From Octopus bimaculoides (lineage: Eukaryota): a stretch of 63,248 nucleotides of DNA. Made by a program: the position numbers and the translations under genes. The stretch covers positions 14,534,877 through 14,598,124 of the forward strand of contig NC_068981.1 of the NCBI RefSeq assembly GCF_001194135.2, in the 5' to 3' direction. The notes beneath the pieces were generated by a model. That model searched no databases. It was not told where the DNA came from and worked only from the letters and a program-made list of their open reading frames with translations. Position 1 is the stretch's first letter; each line of letters starts with the position of its first letter. This document shows positions 48,690-60,650 of this stretch, piece by piece.

Positions 48690-50335
48690 TAATTATGGGG
48701 TAACTTGTGAATTTCTGTATGTATGTTTAGCCAGGGTAGTCTTTTCATTTGTCGCTGCTGGTGAAATGGATCATATGTGGCTTTGTTTGGGAAAAACGAA
48801 AAAATGAGTAGGATGTTTGTGTTTTGTGTGTGTAAGGCAAGGCTGCGGGTTTTTGATTGTATTTGGTGGCCTATTTTATGGGTACGAGGGAATAGCCTAT
48901 ACTTTTCATCTCTGTTTGACCATTGGCCATCCGTTGTCGCTCTCCTCGGAAAAGGTTGGTGGTAGTTCTTTTGGTGTGTCCTTCTTGGGGTTTTCCGCTT
49001 CTATCCGTGGCACATTTGATGTAGGCTGTTTTACCGTGGTGTTGGTCGACTTCTTTTTCTCTTTCGGGTTGACAGTCCGTGGTGGGTTGGTAGATTGTTC
49101 CATTATTCTGTTGATTGACTTCTTTCTGTCTTCCTCCGGATCGTCAGTTTTTGGTTTGCTTGATGGGCTGATTCGTCGTGGCGCTGGTTGGCTCCGCTTG
49201 CTTTCCTTCGGATCGTCAGACTGTGGTGTGTTGCTAGATAGAGGGCTTGCTTTTCGTCGTAGGACCTGTGGTTTTTATGCGGCCCTTTTGTCCTAACTTC
49301 AAGCACCTTGGACCACTTCCTTCCACCATGACAATAAGACATGTCTCGTCCGGTAGCATTATTTGCTGTGGTGTTTCTTCCAAGTTTCTCTGGGTGACCA
49401 GGATTATTAGCTCCAGACCTTGGCCCGCACCAGTTCTACAGGTGTAGCCTAGTGACCTGAGGGGATAGTGGCTCTATCCTCTAGATTTAGCAGTACGGGT
49501 GATACCAGCCACACTGCACTGATTTCTGGTGGGACCTCCCCTATCCTTATTTTCAATGTTCACCTTCGAAGGTACGTCGGCAGTAATATCAAATCTGCCG
49601 ACTTTCAGGAAGTCTACAGAGTTCTTTGCCTCCTCTATGGAAGCGAATCTCACGGCTACTGTGCCGAAGCGACTTCCTCAGTTTACGTATTTTATGTCGC
49701 GCCAAATTGGCAGCAGACACTTTTCGGTGGAATCCTTAGATGCCATGTCTATCCGTTTCGATGTCAGTGGGTGCGTTTTGTAAACTATTGTTTTCCCTTT
49801 CTGCGTTGTACATCACTTGTTCCGAGGGAGTCAGTTTCATGTTCGCCCCTTCTCTCTACAATATGCTTTTATACATTTCGAGCTCGCTCGGGCCGACTTG
49901 CACTGTTTCGCTAGTGACACCGGCCGCGGACGTGTAGTTCATTTTCCCATTGCCATTCTGTGTTTCTATTCGGAGGTCGGTTTAATCATTCTGGCATATT
50001 TTTCTTTTCCTTCGTTTGGCAAAATAGGAGAGAAGGTAACATTTGTTCACACAATTCCTCCAAGAAGTAGTCTGGAATTACATATTGGGAGTCGTAAACT
50101 TCCATGTTGTACTCATTGTGTAAAAAAAAAAAAATTCGCACAAAGGAAAACAATTCGCCCTTAAACATGGGGAATTCGCACAAAAACCAAACCAGCTGAA
50201 GAAGGTAATGTGTCCATGAGACACAGAAAACAGCACAAGTTGTATAAAATTTCAAAAAACAACTAATCCCAAAGGGAAAAAAAACCCTACAATTAAACGA
50301 GAGCCGCTGAAACACACGTCCGTTCGGTCGGGATT
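48690..50335 (-). mobile_element. 5' UTR and decayed ORF1 of an L1/Tx1-like LINE; ORF2 not seen
   Basis: RRM-like FGTVAVRFASIEEAK and KIRIGEVPPEIS, degenerate knuckle VEGSGPRCLKLGQKGRIK, low-complexity K/T/P tail; ends at a 10-N gap. Confidence 0.65.
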
Positions 50336-51609
50336 TTCTTAAATGCCATGTTCCCCACTTTTAGTCCGTTGTACGGAGGTATGAGTGTTTAGTTATAGTA
50401 TGTTTGCCATTATTCTTTATATTACCCATAGTAGCAATACGATATATTTAACATTACCACTCATATATTTAGTAACACTCTGATGCCTATATAATGATTG
50501 CCAATTACGTTTAACCCTAAATGATATCTGCACTGATTTCACTAATTTAAATAAACGTGTTGATATATCATTAATTTCAATATAATCACATTTCATTGTT
50601 AAAGACTATTAAAATCTATTTACTGTTAACGCTTGCGTGTGTGCATATGAATCTAGTAAAGGCTGATCAATATGTTTCAAGTTAATTCCCAACCTCTAAC
50701 GTGGACGGGTTTTGTTAATATAGTGTGGAATTAATGCTCTTCGACTTTATATTAAGGGGAAAAATTGAACTAGCAAGTACTGTATATTATTTTATTTATT
50801 CATTGTGGTTTTCTTGCTTTATTTATATCAGTGTATTCGTTATTAACAATCATCTTCCTAACATCATCATTAATGTGACACTTTTAACACATCACTACTG
50901 GAACATTTTACATTAGGCAAATTTTATTCAATAACCGTTACACTAACCATATTACTTACAGCAGGGCAATACCTATAACTATGTTTGCGTTTAAAGAAAT
51001 TAGTATTCGAACAACCAAAAGTCCACCAAAAAATTATCAGCAAACGTTCGATATAGAGGGAATTATGTCCTTAGGAGTAATTAGTGCATTCGTAAAATAT
51101 TAACGTGATTTATAATAGGTATTATCATACATAAATATATTATTAGCAGAACCTAAAGAAAAACATGCAATATAAAGGCTGCTTTTGTAACAAAAATATG
51201 CATGCAAGGTTTCCTATTAAATAGCACCTTTCAAAAAACAGATGAATAGGTGTTAAAACTTCTACCAAATTTAAACTTAAGGTAATGTATGCTGCACATT
51301 AAAATGTATGCAATAATTTATTATGACATCACTTTTAGTCGCACAATATTCAAACTTATACTCTACGTGCAAAATGTATGATAAGCTATTACAAGGCAAC
51401 TTGTCACCCTTATTAAATCAAATGTGATGCGTGATTCCACTGCGTGCACATTCAGGATGTGTGATGCTGAGCAGAGAGGTGCGTCAAAATAGACGATATA
51501 GTTTCGATTTCAGTTCAGTTATTTTACTATCTTGGTGGTGGTTAAGTTAAGCCCTTACACTCACACACCAAACATCACGGACATATAGAATCAGACGCAC
51601 ACACATGTA

Positions 51610-51830
51610 TAATAATGATTTCAAATTTTGGCTCAAAGCCTGTAATATAAAGAGAGGGGTAAGTCAAATGCACCGACCCCAGTGCTCAACCAGTAATTAT
51701 TTATCGACCAAGAAAGGATGAAAGGTAAAATCGACCTCGGTGGCATTTGAACTCACAACGTATGGACGGACGAAATGCCGCAGAGTATTTCGTCAGGCAT
51801 GCTACCGATTTTGCCAGCTCACCGCCTTAA
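51610..51830 (-). mobile_element. SINE family 1 copy
   Basis: Head AAGGCGGTGAGCTGGCAAAATCGGTAGC and body GGATGAAAGGTAAAATCGACCTCGG. Confidence 0.85.
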
Positions 51831-53131
51831 AAGAAAATGCTGTTAAGCATATTTTCCCGCAATCTAACATTTAGATAATAATGCCACTCAATTTGTATAT
51901 ACACACTAAAAAAAAAATCAAATAGGATATTCATATACACACCGAAATACAACGCCACATATTCCCATCATCAAATTCTCACATACGCTACCGAATATAC
52001 CCAAAGGTTTTTTTTCGAGCCAAATTTGAATATATGTATTTGCATGTGATAACATGGACCCTCTCTCCACAATATCAAAAGTTGTCTGGAGAGAAAGGCT
52101 TTCGGAACGGTAATGGACGGGCATTCGCGTTATCAAAAATGTTGCTCTCAGAGAAAAAAAGAGTCGGAAGAGAAACAGCAGGTTATCTCAACATCCAGGG
52201 ACTGACGCAGTTACATCAACCCCGAAGTATACAAGCCAAATTTTATCTCGATATAAAATGACCTCAGAGCGAAACGTCGAAACATAATGCTAGGCGTTTT
52301 ATACAATCGTCAAAAATTCTGCCAATAATAATTATAGCTTCAGACTATGTTATTCTACATTTAAGACATGCTGAGTTACCGAAAGTTTTCTACTTTTCTT
52401 TACATGAAATTTCTTTTTGTCTGTCTACTTTTGAAATATCGTGCTAAGTGAAATTCACAAAATAGTCGCTTCCGGAGAAAACAAGTTCTTGAATACTTTC
52501 CATATATTTGTTAGAATTGGCAATCTGCCACTAATACAGGAAGATTCACATAAGAAAAAAAAAAAGGTAAAATATGTATACGAATGTTTCCAGGACCACC
52601 ACTCGATAAATTGGTTTCGACCAAAACTCCACATATCTACCTGCTTCTATGTGCTACATAATTCAATATTCCTTTAGAATTATCTACAAGTTCATTGCGT
52701 TCATGTATTATAAATGCTGAATTGCTGCGAACTAAATGGAATATGAACGGCATCACGCTTACCGGTCTCCGAATAAAGGACACACATAATCTCACACACC
52801 CATCGCACAAACACACTCACGCAAAAACGCGCACACACGCACACAGGCATTTACAGACACACACACACACACTCTATCACATATAAATATTTGTATATAT
52901 ATATAAGTATATACATGCACGCATATATTTTTCTCTATACGTTTTTTCTTGTTTGTATAAAATATATTTCACTTAGTTCTGTTGACTTGTGCTGTAGCAT
53001 CATAGCTAAAGGCCAAAGAATTTTAAACATTGAACATATTTACAAAATAAAAAAAAAGTTATTTTGGATAACAACACCTTCGTTTTTGTAGACTTTTGTA
53101 TTTCGATTTATTTAATAGTCATCACGTGACT

Positions 53132-53228
53132 TATACTCTTTTACTCTTTTACTTGTTTCAGTCATTTGACTGTGGCCATGCTGGAGCACCGCCTTTAGTC
53201 GAACAAATCGACCCCAGGACTTATTCTG
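53132..53228 (-). mobile_element. SINE family 3 tail fragment
   Basis: CCATGCTGGAGCACCGCCTTTAGTCGAACAAATCGACCCCAGGACTTATTCT matches 62622-62720. Confidence 0.85.
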
Positions 53229-53619
53229 TAGAAGCCTATTTATCATGTAGAAAAAAGGAACTTTTCGAAAACGCCTCATTCAATAAACTTCCATAGAAAT
53301 AAATAATTATAAGACATAATTCTGCTAAGCTATATTAAATGATATATTTCATTTAAACGGCGTATAAGAACCTTTTCATGTATGAACATCTTTCGATCAT
53401 GAGCACAACACTTCCGTGTCAGGTCACTTCCGAAAGTTATTGGTAACTTTCAATCCTGTTCAACCCCTGAATGATCGTGCTGTCGCATCAACGGTTCACC
53501 GGAGGCTAAAGCGGTTAACTCCATCAAGCTTGCTTGCTTGCTTGGTGAACAGGGTGATTTATTGAGCACATCTCGCTAAAAGGCATAGAAACTCAAGAGT
53601 GTAGGCAACCATCCAATAT

Positions 53620-53845
53620 GTGAAGGCAGATCGGCTAGATGTTAGGATGTCGCTCTCACGATCGCAAAATCATGATTTCGATTCGCCGACCGGCTAAACT
53701 TTATGATCTTGTCTAAGACACTTAATTTCACGGTGTTCTATTTCAGTCAGCTCTGAATCAGTAAACGTATGACCGATTGGCATACAAGTTTGAAGCTGTG
53801 ACTGGGGAAAAAATCACCCGAATGGAGGTCTCCCGAGCCAGGTTT
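53620..53845 (+). mobile_element. Decayed tRNA-headed SINE
   Basis: GTGAAGGCAG..GGCTAGATGTTAGG...GATTTCGATTCG head followed by a TAAGACACTTAATTTCAC CORE-like segment. Confidence 0.5.
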
Positions 53846-53889
53846 TTTTTTTTTTTTATTCAATGATAAAAAGACGAATNNNNNNNNNN

Positions 53890-53969
53890 CAACCTGGTCG
53901 GGATTGGGCGTTCAACCTGGTCGGGATTGGGCGTTCAACCTGGTCGGGATTGGGCGTTCAACCTGGTCG
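53890..53969. repeat. 23-bp tandem repeat CAACCTGGTCGGGATTGGGCGTT, 3.5 identical copies
   Basis: Directly visible; adjoins a 10-N gap. Confidence 0.9.
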
Positions 53970-54699
53970 AAGGATGACGATAATTATGCTGTTGCTGCTG
54001 CTGCTGATTATGACGATGAAGCTGCTCAGTAACTAAGACTGAGTACACAATTATGAGTATTATCATCACCTGCACACACAATGCATAGTTCTGTTACAAT
54101 ATATTCAATATAAAATAATGCCTTGTAAACAATTGAAAATAAAAGTTGACTATACCGTTTTATTTTTTCTGCAGAGAAGATTCAAGCTGAATCATCATCG
54201 TATGCAATAGACGCATATAGCTCTTTATGAAACAGAAAGTAATAAAGCTACATCATTCATTAACCAGGAAATAAAACAAAGCAGTTTAGAGGAAATTAAT
54301 AATATAAATTGCAATTAAATATTTGATAGATATTTCAACATTATTTATTGGAAAACAATTTACTGGCAATAGATTCGAATCAGTATAAGATCCTCTGAAG
54401 AGATGCACCATGAAACCCTAGATAATTAGACAAAATGGATTATATACGACTGTGATGTACGGCTTTATATATATATATATATATATATNNNNNNNNNNNN
54501 NNNNNNNNNNNNNNNNNNNNNNNNNNNNNNNNNNNNNNNNNNNNNNNNNNNNNNNNNNNNNNNNNNNNNNNNNNNNNNNNNNNNNNNNNNNNNNNNNNNN
54601 NNNNNNNNNNNNNNNNNNNNNNNNNNNNNNNNNNNNNNNNNNNNNNNNNNNNNNNNNNNNNNNNNNNNNNNNNNNNNNNNNNNNNNNNNNNTCAAACGG

Positions 54700-55420
54700 T
54701 GTTGGGTCTACTCGTCCCTGAGTAAAAATAATTATGTGAAAGGGAGGCAAGTAGTTCTGGATGTGGTACAGTTAGGGTAGATACAATACTGTAATAAGAA
54801 TGGTGTATGGTATATATAGGAGTAAGTGGTAAGGTTAGTAGTGTTCTGTATCATGTTATTTGTTGAAGTTAAGATGTGGGTGGAATTTATTTATGAAAGT
54901 TGCTTCTTTGTTCAGTCTTTACTCTATTGAGGTGTTCTGTGAACATTGATAGAAGGGGAAAATTAGGAACTTAGGATTAATGTTCCTAGCACACCTTTCT
55001 ATGTGTTCACTCACCTGTATCTATATGTATTGTAGGTGGTGGTTTTGTTCTACGTGAAGGGTGGTTCTTCGACGAAGTGATATTCGTCTTGAGCCAATAT
55101 ATTGATTACCGCACCCTAAGCAGGTAATGGCAAAGATTAGGTTTTCTGAGGCACAGATGAAATTTGATCTAATCTTAAATATTTCACCTTGTTTAAAGTG
55201 GAACTATGTACCCTCCAAAAGGTGGGGGCAAGTGTCACTGTTAGGCCGACAGCATTTCTTTCACTTTTGGTTCCGTTGTTAATGGATGTAGTCTTGGTTT
55301 GTTAATATTTTTTTCAATGACTTTGGTGGTATTTTACTCTTGATAATTTTGTGTGCGTCTGAACGTTTGTTCATTATTTTATCTCTTCCCCGTGTAGCTT
55401 CTATTTTCTTTTTGAAACAT
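54700..55420 (-). mobile_element. Penelope-like element 3' fragment with GIY-YIG endonuclease
   Basis: KIIKSKIPPKSLKKILT, KKCCRPNSDTCPHLLEG, SNFICASENLIFAITCLGCGNQYIGS and EATFINKFHPHLNFN; internal stops. Confidence 0.9.
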
Positions 55421-55703
55421 ATTTCTATTATATATACATACATACATACAAACATACGTACACACATGCACACACTCAGTATCACCTGCAATTCCTGTCT
55501 GTATTGGAGCATTTTTAAGGCAATCATTAAACTTTAGTTTAGAGTTATGTTCTCCTGCCATCTTCCAGCTCACTATACAATAGTTCCTTGGGCTGTCGCT
55601 CATCACTCATCCTTGCAAAATGAACCCCCCACCCAACATCTTTGCAAAGTCTTTGACTCTATAATACTTCTACAGCCAATCCTCTCAAGCACCTCTACAT
55701 TAC

Positions 55704-55776
<73 letters not shown>

Positions 55777-56229
55777 CTATGTGTGTGTCTGTGTGTCTGT
55801 GTTTGATAATTATGCTTTTTCAAAAGTTTGAAACAATCCAATTTATTAAAATAAAATAAATTGATAGTTTTATCTGAATTATAAAATCTAACAGATTTAG
55901 GTGTCCTTCCTCAGGAAATCTTGGTTAAACGTTGATATTCGCAAAAACCCTGTACTGTACCGTGCATGCGTATTTGATATATGCTGTTATAGTAAACATC
56001 TGGCCGCGTGCAACTGTGATCTGGAGTTAATACTTGGTGTATATTCGTTACCTAAAATATTTGTTTTTTGATTCTCACAATGTTACTTTGTGTTGTCTAT
56101 GCTAAGTCTTATATGATCAGATGCTCAAGCCGGTTGCGGTGCAGATATCGGTAACGTCCAGTCCAGTAAATACTACGCCTTAATAGACATCTTCACTTTT
56201 TTCGGAGCAGCAGAGAAATTCATGTCACT

Positions 56230-56520
56230 GAATCTTCAGTGACAATCAGGCTTAATTTTCTAGTCCCATACTGGAAACTTAGAGTGGATCTCGTGGAACG
56301 GTTAAAGTTCTTAATCCACATTGCACCATCAACACTCCATCCTGACAACTGGTGATCACATGGGAGCTCTTGAAGGGAAACGTGTCAGAAGCCCATGTGA
56401 GGAAGCTTGCGAGACTTAAGAAGCTCGTAGGGCTGTCTAGAAAAGGATGGTGGGAATAAAACGTTGGAAACGTTCAGAACAGCGTTGTAAGTCAATATGG
56501 ATTGGCCGTCTAATATTGTG
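56230..56520 (+). mobile_element. HERO-like RLE LINE fragment
   Basis: WKLRVDLVERLKFLIHIAPSTLHPD and NVSEAHVRKLARLKKL resemble HERO WxLxVDL..LKFP.HI..TTLRPD and N..EAHERK. Confidence 0.55.
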
Positions 56521-57844
56521 ATTAATTTAAATACCAGTATATTGATGTAAATAATCAAAATCTTCAAATAATTTATTTTGCACTTAAAATTATTTAATCC
56601 TTAAAATAATTACTCTACATCTGCGCAAACCATCTAAAAGTTGGTCGCAATACATGATAGAGAGAGAGAAGTTAGATATCCCGCATATAACGACTTTAAA
56701 ACAATACAGTATAAATCAGGAAATGTAATAATTGATAAAATATTAGAATAAAGCAATGTGTCAAGTTCGAACCCTTCTGTTCACATGTTTAGTTGTTCGG
56801 TATCGAACAGCAATTGTTTTAGTATAAGTTCGACCCGATAAGTCAATATCCCAAAGTGTTCAATCAAATGACCTCTAAATTAAATAATGCAGTTGTAAAA
56901 GTATACGTACGTAACATGTAGGACTATGAAAACAATGTCTGAATACTTGATGTAGCATTGATCTTAAACCCGTTTTATCATTACTGACGTGGGCTGAACG
57001 ACTGCCTTGACTACTTTTCTATATACACTGGTGTTTGCTCATAAATTTGGGTTTGTCATAGAAGAAAAGGAACGATGAAATATTCAAAAGCATGAAACCA
57101 AGTAACAAATGTAATTGTACTTACAACTCAAACAATATTATTAAAGCTGATTCAAAGAATATCTTTCAGATGGCTGAACGCATAGATTTCACTGCGCTCA
57201 ATGTCATTTATTAGAAATTCTTGGGTTATATTTTCATATTAACTATTCGTAAACTGCATCAATGCTTTTATGAAAAGCCTGTAGACATAAAAGCATCGAA
57301 GATATGTCAAAACATGTTGTGAGACTTTTGAAGTTTCCAGTTCACAAATCATACCACAATTCCTAATATATAATTGTCTACAGTTATTGAGGAATATCCT
57401 GTGATACCCACGGTAGAAACAAGGAACAAGCTCTCATACTCAACCCACAAATAACTACTGCTTCTCCCCGCCTCTGCCACCTACAGAGTCAGAACACTTG
57501 AACTTTAGTTATTTCGTCTAACTTTTCTGAAGCCTTGATGATACCGTATCTTCCTTAGTCAATAAGAGTCACTCTTCCACATCTCCCTATCTCTCTGTTT
57601 ATCGCCCTTTCGCTTTCACTCTGTGTATATATATATCTATAAACAGTAAAGGGAGAATGGTGTATGCATGTATTTACGTATATATATATATATTTATATA
57701 TATATTTATATATATATTTATATATATATATATATTTATACACGAGGAAAGTGTGTGAGAGAGAAATAAAGAGAGAGAAAGAGCGATTGAATTTCATACG
57801 AATTCATATTGAAAAGTCTGTAATATTGACAATACTTCCTCTAG

Positions 57845-58030
57845 GGTGGCGAGCTAGAAGAATTATTACCACGCCAACTAAAACCCTAGGCGATATTTTG
57901 TTCGTCTTTACGTTCTGATTTGAAATTCCGCCGAGGTTCTTTCGGGGTTGACAAAATAAGTTCCAGTTTTGTACTAGTTTCGATTTAATTTTACTTGCGC
58001 TCTTTCCATAAATTGCTGAACTTCAGCCAT
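57845..58030 (+). mobile_element. Diverged SINE family 1 copy
   Basis: AGGGTGGCGAGCTAG...TTACGTTCTGATTTGAAATTCCGCCGAGG...CTTTCGGGGTTGAC. Confidence 0.75.
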
Positions 58031-58067
58031 AATTTGAACCCAACATTTCCTGTAAACTCTTTATTTC

Positions 58068-58129
<62 letters not shown>

Positions 58130-58263
58130 GATGTATGTATGTATAGACAGACATACAAACAGACAGAGAGGCAGAAGGATAGATAGATAGGTAGATAGAT
58201 AGATACATAGATAGATAGATAGATAGATATATAGATACATAGATAGATAGATAGATAGATAGT

Positions 58264-58311
<48 letters not shown>

Positions 58312-58325
58312 CAGATAGATAGATT
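58068..58325. repeat. (CA)n followed by long (AGAT)n microsatellite
   Basis: Directly visible. Confidence 0.95.
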
Positions 58326-58582
58326 TCAGAATGAAATTTAGTGAATATAAAAATATAAATATGGATGTAGGATGAAACAATTTCCATGTAAGGAAAGCTG
58401 TTTTCTCTTTGTTTTCACTAATTGGCATATTTTGGCTAACTCCCCATCAGCATTGCTCGTAGGTGAGTGTTTGAATAGTTGATCTTTTCTGTAATGTAAT
58501 GCAGCAAGCAACTTACAATGTTCGTATACATACATACAGACAGTCATACATACACGCACATACATACATATACACACATGCG

Positions 58583-58626
<44 letters not shown>

Positions 58627-59067
58627 NNNNNNNNNNNNNNNNNNNNNNNNNNNNNNNNNNATATATATATATATATATATACATTACTATACACGTACAG
58701 ATTTGTGCTTGATACAATAGATTTACATTCAGCATTCCGATAACACGCTTGAATTTTAACCAATCACGGTGTTGCTCCGTTATAACTTCCCACCAATATA
58801 ACAACAAATGTGTCATGTATATTCTACAATACAACTTATAATTTACTTTACTTCAGTCTCTATTTACGTACTTCGTTAATATCTGTATTGAATACACTTT
58901 AATTTCGCCCTCACTCTTTCTGCTTCTTTCCTTCACATTTTTTCACCTATATTTCTATATTCTACTTTTAAATACAAGGCCACAACACATGTAGTATTGC
59001 TGTCAGCGATATTGAAAGCCTGATAAGCAATTGATATAACTAATTAACTGTTCCAATTTCTTTTCAG

Positions 59068-59235
59068 CAACTTTTTACGAGTAGATCACTCGACCTTATT
59101 ATAACAGACATATTGGCAGACACATATGCAATACAAATCTGCCGAATTCTATTGTTGCATATTTTGATAGTCTCACTACAAGATGCATGTGTATAGATGA
59201 GATGTTCGTTTCTGTATATTTGATAGCATCTCCAG
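59068..59235 (+). other. Candidate spliced exon (168 nt), non-coding or 5' UTR plus start
   Basis: Strong TTCCAATTTCTTTTCAG acceptor and CAG|GTAAGT donor; all three frames contain a stop; the last frame has MCIDEMFVSVYLIASP open to the donor. Confidence 0.35.
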
Positions 59236-59981
59236 GTAAGTTTCAAATATCTTAATTTTCTGTATAAACTTGCGTCTCGCTGATTTACTTCATTACGTTT
59301 CATTGTCCACACACCTACATCGACCGTTTACATATTATCAGATACTAGTGAGCGCTACAATAGCTTTGATGGTTCAAACGTTTAAGAACAACGGTATTCC
59401 TGCGATAACCGTATTGAAACTTTGTCAGATAAAGTTTATCCAAGGCTCCTAGCACAGCTAGTGTCAATATTGAATTTGAAAGGGACTGGTCTGCTATATC
59501 TCGTAGATGACCCCTATTATCATTTGACTGGGCATCAATATAGAAGCAAATACAGGAGTTTTAAACCCACCAATCCCATGCAACAGCATAATTCTTAAAG
59601 CTATTAGCTGTAGCCTACCGATTAACATTCGGTTTAAGGATCAGTAACTAATTGACTAATCAGTACTCAATTAAATATAATTCGAAAACTGACTTATGTT
59701 CAGGATGTTTAAGTGGAAGAATGTGCAACACCTCGAGAATAATTAAATTATTTTTCACCTCACAGCAGATTTTCTCAAATGAATGCCTACCATTTATATA
59801 ACTCAGGGAAGATTTGACACTTAACGCATTTATCGATGTTACACGCTTCAAAACGTATAGTCGTTCCCTTACCAGAGGTTTAATATCAGCATAGAATAAT
59901 TAATACGAGCATAAGACACACGACCCCTCTCTCTATATCATCTGTGATAATAATCACTGTAGCTGCTCTTCTACATGTCAA

Positions 59982-60048
<67 letters not shown>

Positions 60049-60049
60049 A

Positions 60050-60092
<43 letters not shown>
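59982..60092. repeat. Long (CA)n microsatellite
   Basis: Directly visible. Confidence 0.95.
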
Positions 60093-60097
<5 letters not shown>

Positions 60098-60374
60098 TGG
60101 TACACTGTCAATCAACAATTCGGTAACGTGGGACAGGTGATCGATGACATCTTAATAAAACACAAATGAAATTGTATGGATATGTGTGTACATTTTCCGG
60201 TAGTGTGAATGAATAGTGACGATTTTAACAAGATTACATCAATATGAATCAACACATTCCTCTATCCTTTCAAATGTGTGATTTGGAGGGGGAGACGCCG
60301 CTACTGGCTTACAGTTCTTTTATGTTGTTAGCTGATTAATTTAAATAACTAACCATCGGTTGACCGACTGATAC

Positions 60375-60650
60375 TTATATCATTCTGGTCTTTCACACAA
60401 CTTTCCCCTCTCTCTGTGTATATACATACATGCTCCCAATTTTGTCATTGACAACTATACCAATCCTCGAACTGGACAGCACTGCATCATACCAAAGATC
60501 CCGTTTTCTCCATCTAAAATAAGGTCCCAGTACTGCATTAGTTTGGGTATCAAGGGCCCGCAGTTGTTCAACATCTTTCCAGGCAAGCTTAGAGATCCAC
60601 ATGGTGTTGATGTGGAAGCTTTCAAGGAACGTCTGGACAGGCTTGTATCG
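60375..60650 (+). mobile_element. CR1-like LINE ORF2 C-terminal fragment
   Basis: NYTNPRTGQHCIIPKI...SLGIKGPQLFNIFPGKLRDPHGVDVEAFKERLD. Confidence 0.75.

Noticed and set aside
48817-50164. Cluster of long plus-strand ORFs
   Set aside because: They are antisense shadows of the minus-strand LINE ORF1.
53890-53969. CRISPR-like repeat array
   Set aside because: Units are contiguous with no spacers, and the context is eukaryotic.
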